Positions 28,657 through 37,975 of a stretch of 64,000 nt of DNA are shown one piece after another (positions within the stretch are counted from its first letter, which is position 1; every line of letters begins with the position of its first letter). Origin of the DNA: an uncultured delta proteobacterium. Its GTDB lineage: Bacteria; Desulfobacterota; Binatia; Binatales; Binataceae. Made by a program: the position numbers and the translations under genes. The stretch is taken from the NCBI GenBank assembly GCA_963794325.1, contig CAWCDG010000005.1:192001-256000 (forward strand), in the 5' to 3' direction. Under the pieces are notes generated by a model. The model did no database searches. It was not told the DNA's origin and was given only the letters and a program-made list of their open reading frames with translations.

Positions 28657-30917
28657 CTGTTCAGTACAGCGGTGGCCTGGTTCAAACGGTCGCTGTAGGC
28701 GTTAAGCGCATCCGCCGTAAGCTTGGCGTAGCGGTTGGCATCGGACCATCGCCGGTCTTCGATTGCCTCGCGCACTCCGGGTAAGGTCTTCGCTTCATAA
28801 CCGGTGTAGCGGCCGGGCGCATAGACCAGGTTCTTGTACCAGCTTCGGCCGGGTAGGCCCACATCGGGAGCTAAGGTCTGATCGATGTTCAGAATCAAAG
28901 CTTGTACTTGCGCTACCTGAGAGGCGGATAGGTGTGACCCATTTTTCGATAATGCCTCGTCATAGGCCTTAGCGCTGCGCTTCAACCGATCGACGGCGTC
29001 TTCGAGAGTTGCGAACTCGATGTGCGGCACACGATCGAAGGCGGTGGGCAGGCCGCTTGGTTTGGTGGGATCCGCGGCTATCTGGAACGCGCGATCATGC
29101 AGCAGCTTGGCCTGCGTCTCAGCCTCGTCGCGCTCGTCGTCGGCTAGCTTCTTCACCTGATCCAGATAGTCGGAGACTGCATTGGCGAAAGCAGTTGCGT
29201 TTTGGACAGGAAGGTCGGAATCGGCAACGCGCAACACAATTCGCCCTACGGTCTTCGCCAACATCGCGTCATACACGAAGCCGGGATCGACGAAGCGGGT
29301 GTGATGCTCGAAAGTGTCGTAGCGAGAGTGATAGACGCCGCCTGAGTGTCCCTCTTCGTAGAACCCTACGTCGAGCACCGGTATGCCCAGGTGATCGATG
29401 AAAGTTGAAAAGTCAGAACCCGACCCAAGCGCCTCGATCGGGAAGTCCTTGTCCGGGTCTGCGGCGATCCTGGCCTCGGCCCTGAGGTGCTCGTTAGCAG
29501 TCGGCGCTAGAGCACCTACGCGCATCTTCGCGCGCAGCCTTTGTCCGACGGAGACACCTGTTTCAGGATCAACTACGTCAGCGGCGACCTGGTTAAGCAG
29601 ATGCTGGAAGTCGTGGCTGCCAGCTACACCTAGAATGCCCCTTTCGTTCGAGTCGGAGTTTATGTATAGGACTGCTTTCCGCTTGAGCTCGCTTGCGTGT
29701 TCCTCCGCCCATTCAGTCGAACCCAGCAACATAGGTTCCTCGGCGTCCCAACTGGTGTAAACGATCGTGCGGCGGGGCTTCCAACCTTGTTTTGCGAGTC
29801 CTCCGAAAGCCTTGGCCTCGGCGAGCAGCGCAACTTGACCGGATAACGGGTCGCTGGCGCCGAAGACCCATCCGTCGTGATGATTGCCGCGGACTATCCA
29901 TTGGTCCGGCCACATCGAGCCCTTCATCATTGCGATGACGTCGTAGATCGGCTGTTGTTGCCAATCGGACTTCACCGCCAGATGGACCAGCGCCGGGCCC
30001 GGTCCTGTTCGATAGGTTATTGGCAGCGCACCGCGCCAGCTTTGCGGAGCGACAGGACCTCCCAACGCTGCAAGAAAGACCTGTGCGTCCGCATAAGATA
30101 TAGGTATCGTCGGAATCTTCATGATGGTCGCCGCGTCCGACATCTGGAGGCGTTTGGCGTCTTTGGTCGCACCGATACCGGGCGTCAAAGGATCGCCTGG
30201 GTAGAGACCCATATCGAGCACCGAGCCGCGTTGGATACCACGCGGCGGACGCATAGGACCGTTAGGATAGGTCCCATCGATCGAGTAGCCGTCCTGGGCG
30301 GGGTCGGAATATATGATGCATCCGATCGCACCGTGATCGTACGCAAGCTTGGGTTTCAATCCGCGCCACCCGCCGCCGTAGCGTGCGATGACGATTTTTC
30401 CTTTGACGCTTACGCCCAACCGCTGGAGCGTCTTGTAGTCGTCGAGCATCCCGTAATTGACGTAAACCAGCCCGCCAGTGACATCGCCGTCGCTCTGGTA
30501 GGCGGCATAAGCAGGGAGCGCAGGATCGGTGGCAGTAGAGCTGGAGTCACCGGGAATTGGCGGCTCCTGCAGTGTAGCGCTGAACTTTTGAGGGCCGACC
30601 AGTTCCAGGGTCTCACTTACAGGCTTGGGATACAGCACCCAGAACGTTTCGATGTGCGCATCCCAGCCCCAGTCATTGAACCATGCAAGGATTTGATCAG
30701 CGTTCGACTTGTCATGAGGAGAGCTGACGTGGTTCGGCTGAGCGGCAAGTAACTTCATCCAGTCGCGCATCTCATCCGGATGAATAAGCGCATCGAAGTT
30801 GCGCTCGAGAGTCGCCTCATCAGATGAAACCGGAGTGGGTGCAGCGAATACCGCGCTAATACAAAGAAGGAGCGCCGCGGCAAACGGGATGGCGAACTTT
30901 GAAGCCAGGCGGCTCAG
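28653..30917 (-). CDS. M28 peptidase (glutamate carboxypeptidase II-like; PA and TfR dimerisation domains); start probably upstream of ATG 30770
   Basis: YVNYG, GNHHDGWVFGASDP, SWDAEE, GSGSDF, YHSRYD; frame stays open to a signal-peptide-like segment up to 30917. Confidence 0.9.
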   Translation of the reverse strand: MSRLASKFAIPFAAALLLCISAVFAAPTPVSSDEATLERNFDALIHPDEMRDWMKLLAAQPNHVSSPHDKSNADQILAWFNDWGWDAHIETFWVLYPKPVSETLELVGPQKFSATLQEPPIPGDSSSTATDPALPAYAAYQSDGDVTGGLVYVNYGMLDDYKTLQRLGVSVKGKIVIARYGGGWRGLKPKLAYDHGAIGCIIYSDPAQDGYSIDGTYPNGPMRPPRGIQRGSVLDMGLYPGDPLTPGIGATKDAKRLQMSDAATIMKIPTIPISYADAQVFLAALGGPVAPQSWRGALPITYRTGPGPALVHLAVKSDWQQQPIYDVIAMMKGSMWPDQWIVRGNHHDGWVFGASDPLSGQVALLAEAKAFGGLAKQGWKPRRTIVYTSWDAEEPMLLGSTEWAEEHASELKRKAVLYINSDSNERGILGVAGSHDFQHLLNQVAADVVDPETGVSVGQRLRAKMRVGALAPTANEHLRAEARIAADPDKDFPIEALGSGSDFSTFIDHLGIPVLDVGFYEEGHSGGVYHSRYDTFEHHTRFVDPGFVYDAMLAKTVGRIVLRVADSDLPVQNATAFANAVSDYLDQVKKLADDERDEAETQAKLLHDRAFQIAADPTKPSGLPTAFDRVPHIEFATLEDAVDRLKRSAKAYDEALSKNGSHLSASQVAQVQALILNIDQTLAPDVGLPGRSWYKNLVYAPGRYTGYEAKTLPGVREAIEDRRWSDANRYAKLTADALNAYSDRLNQATAVLNS

Positions 30918-31912
30918 GCGCGCAACCCCGCCAGACAGCCGGTAGCATCGAGGACTGTATCCAGCGCTCGCTTGTCGCCAACAGCCTTATACTTATCGCG
31001 CAGAGTCACCAGCGATTTGGCGTGATACTTCTGCGGCTTCTGCGTCCAGGTACGGCCGTTTAGTTCCACACTGAATTCTTCCTTACTGTTGGCTATCGCT
31101 GACGCGTTGGCGACGGTCCACGGCATGAAGAGTCGTCCTACCTGCCGCTCGAGTAGAGGGGTCAAGGTCGGGGCCAGGCTTGACCACTGCTCAAAGTCGC
31201 CTTCGGCTCTCGGCCACAGCATTCGGTGGATCCATGCGAGCGTATTCGGCGTGGTCGCGTTGATGATCGCGCCGGGCGTCGGATCGGTCCACGCATTGTA
31301 GAGCTGCCCCCACATCCCAAAGTCTCCAAAACTGGGACGATTACCGAACAGGTATGCCCGCTTGGCGAGATGCGGCTCGAGGATTGTGAGAGTATCGCGG
31401 AAAGATTCCTCGATTTGCGGCGCGGTCTGCGGATTCGATCCGACAAAAGAAACGCGCGGCACCATCCGTTCGCGAACCATCGCGATCCCATTGGCGAGCT
31501 GCGCTTCGTCCACCCCCGGCATCATCGATTGTGCGATTCGCCCGGCGGCCGAGAGAATGTCAGCCTCACGCGCCCATCGATAATGGAACATCCACTTGTT
31601 GCCCCATTCGTCACCGAACTCTTCGAGCAATGCCGAAATGAATTTTGTAGTTGGATCGCTCGGATGGATCGAAGGCTCGGGATGACTCGCCTCGACGAAC
31701 TCGATGATCGGTGTAGAATCCTGAATGCCCTTGTTGTCGGGCGTCACGACCAGCGGCACGAGCGGCAGCTTCTGGTATTTCTGATACTCGCCGTCGGCGT
31801 CGAGACTGCGCGGGATCCATCGGTGCGGGATGTTCTTGTAGCGGAAGTACGAACGGACCTTCACGGAATACGGCGAAAGCTCGATGCCGTGGATATGATA
31901 TTCGCTTGCCAT
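30914..31912 (-). CDS. Glutathione S-transferase family protein
   Basis: SPYSVKVRSYFRYK, VPLV, QDSTPII, YLFGNRPSFGDF. Confidence 0.88.
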   Translation of the reverse strand: MASEYHIHGIELSPYSVKVRSYFRYKNIPHRWIPRSLDADGEYQKYQKLPLVPLVVTPDNKGIQDSTPIIEFVEASHPEPSIHPSDPTTKFISALLEEFGDEWGNKWMFHYRWAREADILSAAGRIAQSMMPGVDEAQLANGIAMVRERMVPRVSFVGSNPQTAPQIEESFRDTLTILEPHLAKRAYLFGNRPSFGDFGMWGQLYNAWTDPTPGAIINATTPNTLAWIHRMLWPRAEGDFEQWSSLAPTLTPLLERQVGRLFMPWTVANASAIANSKEEFSVELNGRTWTQKPQKYHAKSLVTLRDKYKAVGDKRALDTVLDATGCLAGLRA

Positions 31913-31924
31913 CGATGACTCCTT

Positions 31925-32590
31925 TCAATGTCGGGAAACTTTCGTTCTGGCGATCAGTCCTCGTTGCTTCATGCGCCACACGAGGAGGTCGATTCGATCC
32001 TGCCCGAAGAACGGCTCGCCATCGAAGACGAAGGTTGGAACGCCCCAATGGCCCGCCGCCTTATGAGCAGACTGGTTTTGTTCGATCGCGCGCTCGAAGG
32101 CTTCAGGGTCCGCGGCGACCTCGCGATCCATTGTTGCGAGATCGAGCCCTGCGCGCTCGGTCGCTCGAGCGAGATGCTCGCCTTGATCCCAACCCGACAC
32201 TACTCCGCCCCAGATCAATTTCGAAACTTCGCTGATGAAGGGGAGTCCGCGTCCTTTTTTGCTCGCATCGACGCCCAGCCGCGTCAGGCGATGTATGTAA
32301 GGTTGATCAGGAGCGGCTTTCGGAGTGTGATCCACCACGACCGGATCGGGACGCGGCCAGGCAAACGGCAGCTTCAGATACTCGGCAATTCTCGTGGTGT
32401 CGCGAAAAAGATACGGGCCGAACATCGGATCGACGCGCTGGAAAAAAGATGCGTCGCGAACTGCCAGCGGATAGACCGGTCGCACCTGGAACTCCACGTC
32501 ATACTCAGCCTCGATCTCGACCACGCGCGGCACGGCGAGATATGAGTACGGGCTCCTGAACGACCAGAACAAATCAACCTGCAAGCTCAT
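31925..32590 (-). CDS. 2-hydroxychromene-2-carboxylate isomerase / DsbA-like family
   Basis: FWSFRSPYSYL, WGVPTF, FFGQDR. Confidence 0.9.
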   Translation of the reverse strand: MSLQVDLFWSFRSPYSYLAVPRVVEIEAEYDVEFQVRPVYPLAVRDASFFQRVDPMFGPYLFRDTTRIAEYLKLPFAWPRPDPVVVDHTPKAAPDQPYIHRLTRLGVDASKKGRGLPFISEVSKLIWGGVVSGWDQGEHLARATERAGLDLATMDREVAADPEAFERAIEQNQSAHKAAGHWGVPTFVFDGEPFFGQDRIDLLVWRMKQRGLIARTKVSRH

Positions 32591-32635
32591 TCGAAAGCTC
32601 CATTGCGTCGGACTCGTTTTGAAAAGCCAAGCAGA

Positions 32636-33673
32636 CTACCTGCCTGACTTCAGCACCGGCAAAACCTCTTTGGTGAACAATCCGAGGGCTTGCATCTGGT
32701 CGGAGGGCGCTACGTCAGCACCGGGTCCAACGACGATCAAATGATCGAGGCCAAGTTTCAGCAACTCCTCGAAGCGCCTGATGCAATGATCTGGAGCGCC
32801 TGCGATGGCGAACCGATCGACGAATGCGTCGTCGAGGAATTGCGCGTGACCGGCGTCTCCGCGCGCGTGGCGGGACATATCGTAGGTCTCACCAATCTTC
32901 TGCGCGACCGCGCGGTCCGCGGGACGCATCCCCTCCGTGGCACTGCCCGACATCCCGGAGAAGTGGGCGATCGTGCCAACGGTTCCGCGCGACATCGCAC
33001 GCGCACGCGCGACATCGCGATCCACTACCACATTTAGAAAGGCGCCGAGCTTCAGCGTCGAAGGATCCAGTCCAGCCTGCTTCCGCGCCTGCCGCGCGTG
33101 ATCGGCAGCCCAGGCAATGCGTTCCGGATCGGCGCCCACCGCAAAGCTTAGTGAATCGGCGAGCGTAGCGCCGACCTCGATCACGCGAGGCCCGGTAGCG
33201 GCGACATCTACCGGCACCTTGGGCAGACCACCGCGCGCGATCCACTCATTACGGCTCTGGAAGCCGTTGTCGAGCGTGACCTGCTCGCCACGGAGGAAGC
33301 CTTGCACTTGCGAAATGTAGCGCGCGAAATTTTTGCTCGACGGCGCGCGCTCACCAATCTTGGCGACGGCGGAATCACCGCGGCCGATTCCGAGTACCGC
33401 ACGGCCGCCGGACTCCGCCTGCACGGTTGCGATCGCGGAAGCGGTCACCGCTGGATGACGAGTGACCGGATTCGTCACCGCGGTGCGCAGCTTCAGATGC
33501 CTGGTAGCGTGAGCCGCGAGACACAATTCCGAGTATGGATCCGCCGCAAGATTTTGAGTGTCGACAATCCCGATACCATCGAAGCCGCTTTCCTCGACCA
33601 TCCGCGCCATCTGCACAAAAGCTCCGGGAATCGGAAAGGTAATCATCCATATCTCAGGGCTGCTCTTAGTCAT
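32636..33673 (-). CDS. LLM-class flavin (possibly F420)-dependent oxidoreductase
   Basis: VTNPVTRHPAVTASAIATV, GRAVLGIGRGDS, VAATGPR. Confidence 0.88.
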   Translation of the reverse strand: MTKSSPEIWMITFPIPGAFVQMARMVEESGFDGIGIVDTQNLAADPYSELCLAAHATRHLKLRTAVTNPVTRHPAVTASAIATVQAESGGRAVLGIGRGDSAVAKIGERAPSSKNFARYISQVQGFLRGEQVTLDNGFQSRNEWIARGGLPKVPVDVAATGPRVIEVGATLADSLSFAVGADPERIAWAADHARQARKQAGLDPSTLKLGAFLNVVVDRDVARARAMSRGTVGTIAHFSGMSGSATEGMRPADRAVAQKIGETYDMSRHARGDAGHAQFLDDAFVDRFAIAGAPDHCIRRFEELLKLGLDHLIVVGPGADVAPSDQMQALGLFTKEVLPVLKSGR

Positions 33674-33699
33674 CAGAATCAACCCCGCCGAATGGAGAG

Positions 33700-33734
33700 G
33701 AGGAAAGGCTGGCTCAGCCCGTCGCCGAGCCGCC
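33700..33734 (-). terminator. Possible intrinsic terminator after the small lipoprotein gene
   Basis: Minus strand GGCTCGGC-GACGG-GCTGAGCC hairpin with only a weak T-tail (CCTTTCC). Confidence 0.35.
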
Positions 33735-33748
33735 TACGATGTTTCCGC

Positions 33749-34015
33749 TTAGTAACCCTTCTCGGGAACGATCGTGTTTTTGTTGGTGTCGTGCTCCGCA
33801 CTGCCGCCGCAGGCTGCGACTTTGTCCGCCGAGGAATTCAAGTTCGCTGCAATCTGAGCATCGGTCTGTCCAGCCGACCTCTGCGTTTTCACAACATTAC
33901 AATCGACGGGATCGTTCGACGTAGAAAACGTCGAGCATCCGGAAAATCCTACGGCCACGACTAACAGCGCCGATGCGGTTGAGATCCAAAGTCCGTTGCG
34001 TTCTTTTCGCTGCAT
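33749..34015 (-). CDS. Small hypothetical lipoprotein
   Basis: GGGAGG SD before ATG 34015, signal peptide with lipobox FSGC, two further Cys. Confidence 0.75.
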   Translation of the reverse strand: MQRKERNGLWISTASALLVVAVGFSGCSTFSTSNDPVDCNVVKTQRSAGQTDAQIAANLNSSADKVAACGGSAEHDTNKNTIVPEKGY

Positions 34016-34160
34016 TATTTTCCTCCCGGCTAAATCGCGATCCTTGTTCGAGTTCCCCAGATATCCGATCCCCACGTTCAGCATGAGGCATTCTTACCAC
34101 TTGTCGTCAAAATTCGATAGCAATGAAAGGTCCGCGCAACCCGGCGCAGCCGGCGGATAT

Positions 34161-35147
34161 TTATGCGGCGGTGGGGGCTGATTTCAACCGCAGAATCGTG
34201 TCGTCGGGAGTCAGCTTGACCATCGACGCGCTCGACTCCCACAACTCCGTCGCCATCGCAGGATCGTACGAGTCTTTCGAAGACGGGACGTCGCGCAAGC
34301 CCTGGAAGTATTTTCCCGAGATGCGCTCGAATCTGGGATCGGTAACCATGCTAGCGAGCGAGCGGCCCGATCGTCCGACACTGTTCACGTTCGGCACGAA
34401 TGGGCGCAGCGCCGGCAGCACGAAGCGCCATGCGAATCGCGCGAAACTGCCGTAATCTCGCGCGAGCCCGGTCCCCGGCATCAGGCCAGGATCGAACGCA
34501 TTGACGGTAATCGAGCGGCCATTCGAACCGACCCTCTTTTCGGCGCGCAGCCTGCGATCGAGTTCGTAAGTGAACAGGACGTTGCACAACTTCGACGTGG
34601 TGTATGCGCGCCGGCCCGCCGTTCCATTGGGATCATCGAGAGGTTTGGAATCTTGATCGGGACGTGCGATGAGTCGAGCGGATTTGTACACCGGCGGCGG
34701 CATTCCGGTCGTCTGAGCGGGATCGTGAGTACCACTGCTCACGACGACAATCCGTGCCGGCGGCGCCATCTGCGCGAGCATCAGGTTCACCAACAGAAAA
34801 TGCCCGAGATGGTTGACGGCGAACGTCGTCTCGAAGCCGTCGTCAGTATAGGTCCTGCCGCTCACGATTTGCGTCGCTGCATTGCAAACCAGCGCTCGCA
34901 GCGCAGGGCGCGGTTCAGTGGCGTAGTCCCGCGCAAAATTGCGCACCGATTCGAGCGAAGCGAGGTCGAGCGTCATCGCTTCGATCTCCTGCTGCCCCGT
35001 CTGCTCAATCAGATGCTGGACCGCCTCGCGACCTTTTTCGGGGCTGCGGCAAGCGACGATTACGTGCCAGTCGCGCGTCTCGGCGAGCGCTCGCGCGCAT
35101 TCGAAGCCCAAGCCGGTATTGGCACCCGTCACGATGGCGGTGTTCAT
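34161..35147 (-). CDS. Short-chain dehydrogenase/reductase (retinol-DH/POR-like subfamily)
   Basis: TGANTGLG, LDLASLESVR, FAVNHLGHF, YTTSK. Confidence 0.9.
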   Translation of the reverse strand: MNTAIVTGANTGLGFECARALAETRDWHVIVACRSPEKGREAVQHLIEQTGQQEIEAMTLDLASLESVRNFARDYATEPRPALRALVCNAATQIVSGRTYTDDGFETTFAVNHLGHFLLVNLMLAQMAPPARIVVVSSGTHDPAQTTGMPPPVYKSARLIARPDQDSKPLDDPNGTAGRRAYTTSKLCNVLFTYELDRRLRAEKRVGSNGRSITVNAFDPGLMPGTGLARDYGSFARFAWRFVLPALRPFVPNVNSVGRSGRSLASMVTDPRFERISGKYFQGLRDVPSSKDSYDPAMATELWESSASMVKLTPDDTILRLKSAPTAA

Positions 35148-35265
35148 GTGCGGCGATAATTACATTCTCGCAAACCTGATGGGAGTGGGGCCGCGACGGC
35201 CATCAACAAGATGAGAGCCCGACGGGTTGCGTCCGCGCGCGCTAAGATGGGAAATTTATCGTTCG

Positions 35266-36393
35266 ATGAGCATCGAAAGACAACGCCCCACTGTCGCCGA
35301 GATCGACCTCCGCGCGCTGCGCTCCAACTTTCGCGCACTGCGGGCGGTGGCCTCGCACGGCGAGTTGATGGTGGTGGTCAAGGCCGACGCTTACGGGCAT
35401 GGCGCGGTGACGGTCGCCCGCACGCTGCTCGACGAAGGATGCCGTCATTTCGGAGTCGCCACGCTCGACGAGGGGCGCGAGCTGCGCGAGGCGGGAATTC
35501 GGGCGCGGGTGTATTTGCAAGCGGGCTTCTTCGCGGAGCAAGTGGCGGAGATCGTTGCCCTCGATCTGACGCCGTTCGTTTTCGAAGCCGGGATGATCGG
35601 AATGCTCGACCGCGCATCAGCGTCGGCCGGACGCAAAGATTTTCCGATTCATATCAAAGTCGACAGCGGCGCGACACGCCTCGGCGTGCTGCCAGCGGAC
35701 ATTCCGGCTGTGATTGAGGCGATAAGAAGCGCGTCGGCCGCGCGCCTCGAGGGCGTCTGCACGCTGCTCGCCAATGCCGGCGATCCGAAAAGTCCGATCA
35801 CGGATGCGCAGCTCCGCGTATTCAACCAGACCCTCGACACGCTGAACGCGGCCGGCATGAAGCCTCAGATCATTCATGTCGCAAACTCGGCGGCGCTGGT
35901 GCTGCGATTCGACTCGCACTTCAACCTCGCACGGCCCGGGCTGGCCATCTACGGACTGCCGCCGGTAGCTGCGGTCCGCGAGCGCGTCGAGTTGCAGCCG
36001 GTGATGACTTTCAAGACGCGGCTGATGCAAATCAAGCGCGCGCCCGCTGGCAGCGGCGTCGGCTATGGGCATACATTCGTCGCGCCGCGCGAGAGCCTGA
36101 TAGGCGTGCTGCCGGTGGGTTACGCCGACGGTTACCGGAGGGGACTACAGCATGGCGGCGAAGTGATTGTGCGCGGCGCGCGCGCACCGGTGGTCGGCGC
36201 GGTGTCGATGGATCTGACGACGATCGACGTTACCGACATAGCAGGCGCGTCGGTCGGCGATGAGGTAATCTTGTGGGGCGAATCCGGCGGCGAGGTCATT
36301 AGTGTAAACGACGTCGCGCGGCTGGCGCAGACAATTTCATACGAGATGCTATGCACGGTCGGCAAACGAGTGCCGCGTGTGACTCGGAATTAG
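35266..36393 (+). CDS. alr: Alanine racemase
   Basis: VVKADAYGHG, HIKVDSG, ARPGLAIYG, GVGYG, GYADG, SMD, TISYE. Confidence 0.95.
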   Translation: MSIERQRPTVAEIDLRALRSNFRALRAVASHGELMVVVKADAYGHGAVTVARTLLDEGCRHFGVATLDEGRELREAGIRARVYLQAGFFAEQVAEIVALDLTPFVFEAGMIGMLDRASASAGRKDFPIHIKVDSGATRLGVLPADIPAVIEAIRSASAARLEGVCTLLANAGDPKSPITDAQLRVFNQTLDTLNAAGMKPQIIHVANSAALVLRFDSHFNLARPGLAIYGLPPVAAVRERVELQPVMTFKTRLMQIKRAPAGSGVGYGHTFVAPRESLIGVLPVGYADGYRRGLQHGGEVIVRGARAPVVGAVSMDLTTIDVTDIAGASVGDEVILWGESGGEVISVNDVARLAQTISYEMLCTVGKRVPRVTRN

Positions 36394-37968
36394 ATGGCGA
36401 CAATCAACGACAAGATCACGATCAGGCGTGCACTGATAGGCGTCGCCGACAAGGCCGGTGTCGCGGACTTCGCCAAAGCACTGGTGCGCCACGGCGTCGA
36501 AATCGTATCGACGGGCGGTACGATGGCGGCTCTGGAAGCGGCTGGCGTCAAGGTGAGGTCGGTTGAGAATTTCACCGGCTCGCCCGAGATGCTCGATGGC
36601 CGGGTGAAGACGCTGCATCCGAAGATTCACGGCGGCATCCTCGCCCGGCGCGGTGAGGAGAGCCATCAGCGTCAAATGCTTCAACATGAAATCGAGCCGA
36701 TCGACTTGGTGGTCGTGAATTTCTATCCGTTCGAGAAGACGGTCGCGAAGCCCGGCGTGAGTCTCGACGATGCAATCGAAAATATCGACATCGGCGGACC
36801 TACGCTGGTGCGCGCGGCGGCGAAGAATTATGGCGATGTCACAGTCGTCGTTGATGCGGCCGACTACGCCACGATCGTCGCGGAACTCGACGCGAACAAG
36901 GGCGCGATGACGGCGAACACGCGATGGCGGCTGGCGCGCAAGGCATTCGCGCGGGTGACGGCGTACGACGCGGCAATCTCAAATTATCTCGGCACGCATT
37001 CGGGAGACGGCGACAAGACTAGTCTCGGCGAGACGTTCAGCCTCGCGCTCGAGCGCGAACAGGCGCTGCGCTACGGCGAGAATCCGCATCAGTCGGGCGC
37101 ACTCTACGGGCGCTTCCTGGAAATCACGCATCAGCTTCACGGCAAGGAGCTGTCGTTCAACAACGTCGTCGATATCAGCTCGGCGATGAACCTGATGCTC
37201 GAATTCGAGGACGAGCGGCGCGCAGTCGTCGCGATCCTCAAGCACAACACGCCGTGCGGCGTCGGCATCGCGGACACGCTCAAAGGCGCGTGGGACAAGG
37301 CGTTCGCAACCGACCCGGATTCGCCGTTCGGCGGCATCATCATTGCGAACCGCCCGTGGGACATGGAGTTCGCGCGCGCTGTCGATGAGCTGTTCACCGA
37401 AGTGCTGATCGGTCCCGCGTATCCTGAGGATGTGATCGCGTTCCTGCGCAAGAAAAAGAATCGGCGCGTGATGACGTTCGATTTGAAGGCGGTGGATCGC
37501 GGCGAGCTCGACGTCAAGAAGGTGCTCGGCGGATTGCTGGTGCAGACGCCGGACCTGGCGATCGAGGATCCGCGCAAGGGCAAAATCGTGACGCGGCGCG
37601 CGCCCACTGACGCCGAGATGCGCGCGCTCACCTTCGGAGTCAAGGTCTGCAAGCACATCAAGTCTAATGCGATCGCGTTCGTTGCCGAGGATCGCACGCT
37701 GGCGGTTGGCGGCGGCGCGACCTCGCGAATCGATCCGGTGTACGCAGCGCGCGAGAAGGCCGCGCGACTCAAGGTCCGGCTCGAAGGTTCGGTGCTGGTG
37801 TCGGAAGCGCTGTTTCCGTTTCCGGACGGCCCAACCCTCGCGGCCGAGGCGGGCGCGACGGCGATCGCACAGCCCGGTGGCGCCGTACGCGACGACAAAG
37901 TGATCGAAGCCGCCGACAAGTTCGGCCTCGCCATGGTCTTCACCGGCGTGCGTCACTTCAGGCATTAG
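36394..37968 (+). CDS. purH: Bifunctional AICAR transformylase/IMP cyclohydrolase
   Basis: STGGT, GRVKTLHP, IDIGGP, LRYGENPHQ, KHNTPCG, TGVRHFRH. Confidence 0.97.
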   Translation: MATINDKITIRRALIGVADKAGVADFAKALVRHGVEIVSTGGTMAALEAAGVKVRSVENFTGSPEMLDGRVKTLHPKIHGGILARRGEESHQRQMLQHEIEPIDLVVVNFYPFEKTVAKPGVSLDDAIENIDIGGPTLVRAAAKNYGDVTVVVDAADYATIVAELDANKGAMTANTRWRLARKAFARVTAYDAAISNYLGTHSGDGDKTSLGETFSLALEREQALRYGENPHQSGALYGRFLEITHQLHGKELSFNNVVDISSAMNLMLEFEDERRAVVAILKHNTPCGVGIADTLKGAWDKAFATDPDSPFGGIIIANRPWDMEFARAVDELFTEVLIGPAYPEDVIAFLRKKKNRRVMTFDLKAVDRGELDVKKVLGGLLVQTPDLAIEDPRKGKIVTRRAPTDAEMRALTFGVKVCKHIKSNAIAFVAEDRTLAVGGGATSRIDPVYAAREKAARLKVRLEGSVLVSEALFPFPDGPTLAAEAGATAIAQPGGAVRDDKVIEAADKFGLAMVFTGVRHFRH

Positions 37969-37975
37969 CAGCACG

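Noticed and set aside
34161-35147. Light-dependent protochlorophyllide reductase
   Set aside because: N-terminus is POR-like, but it has YTTSK and FDPGLM instead of the YKDSK and YPGC motifs, and no photosynthesis genes are nearby
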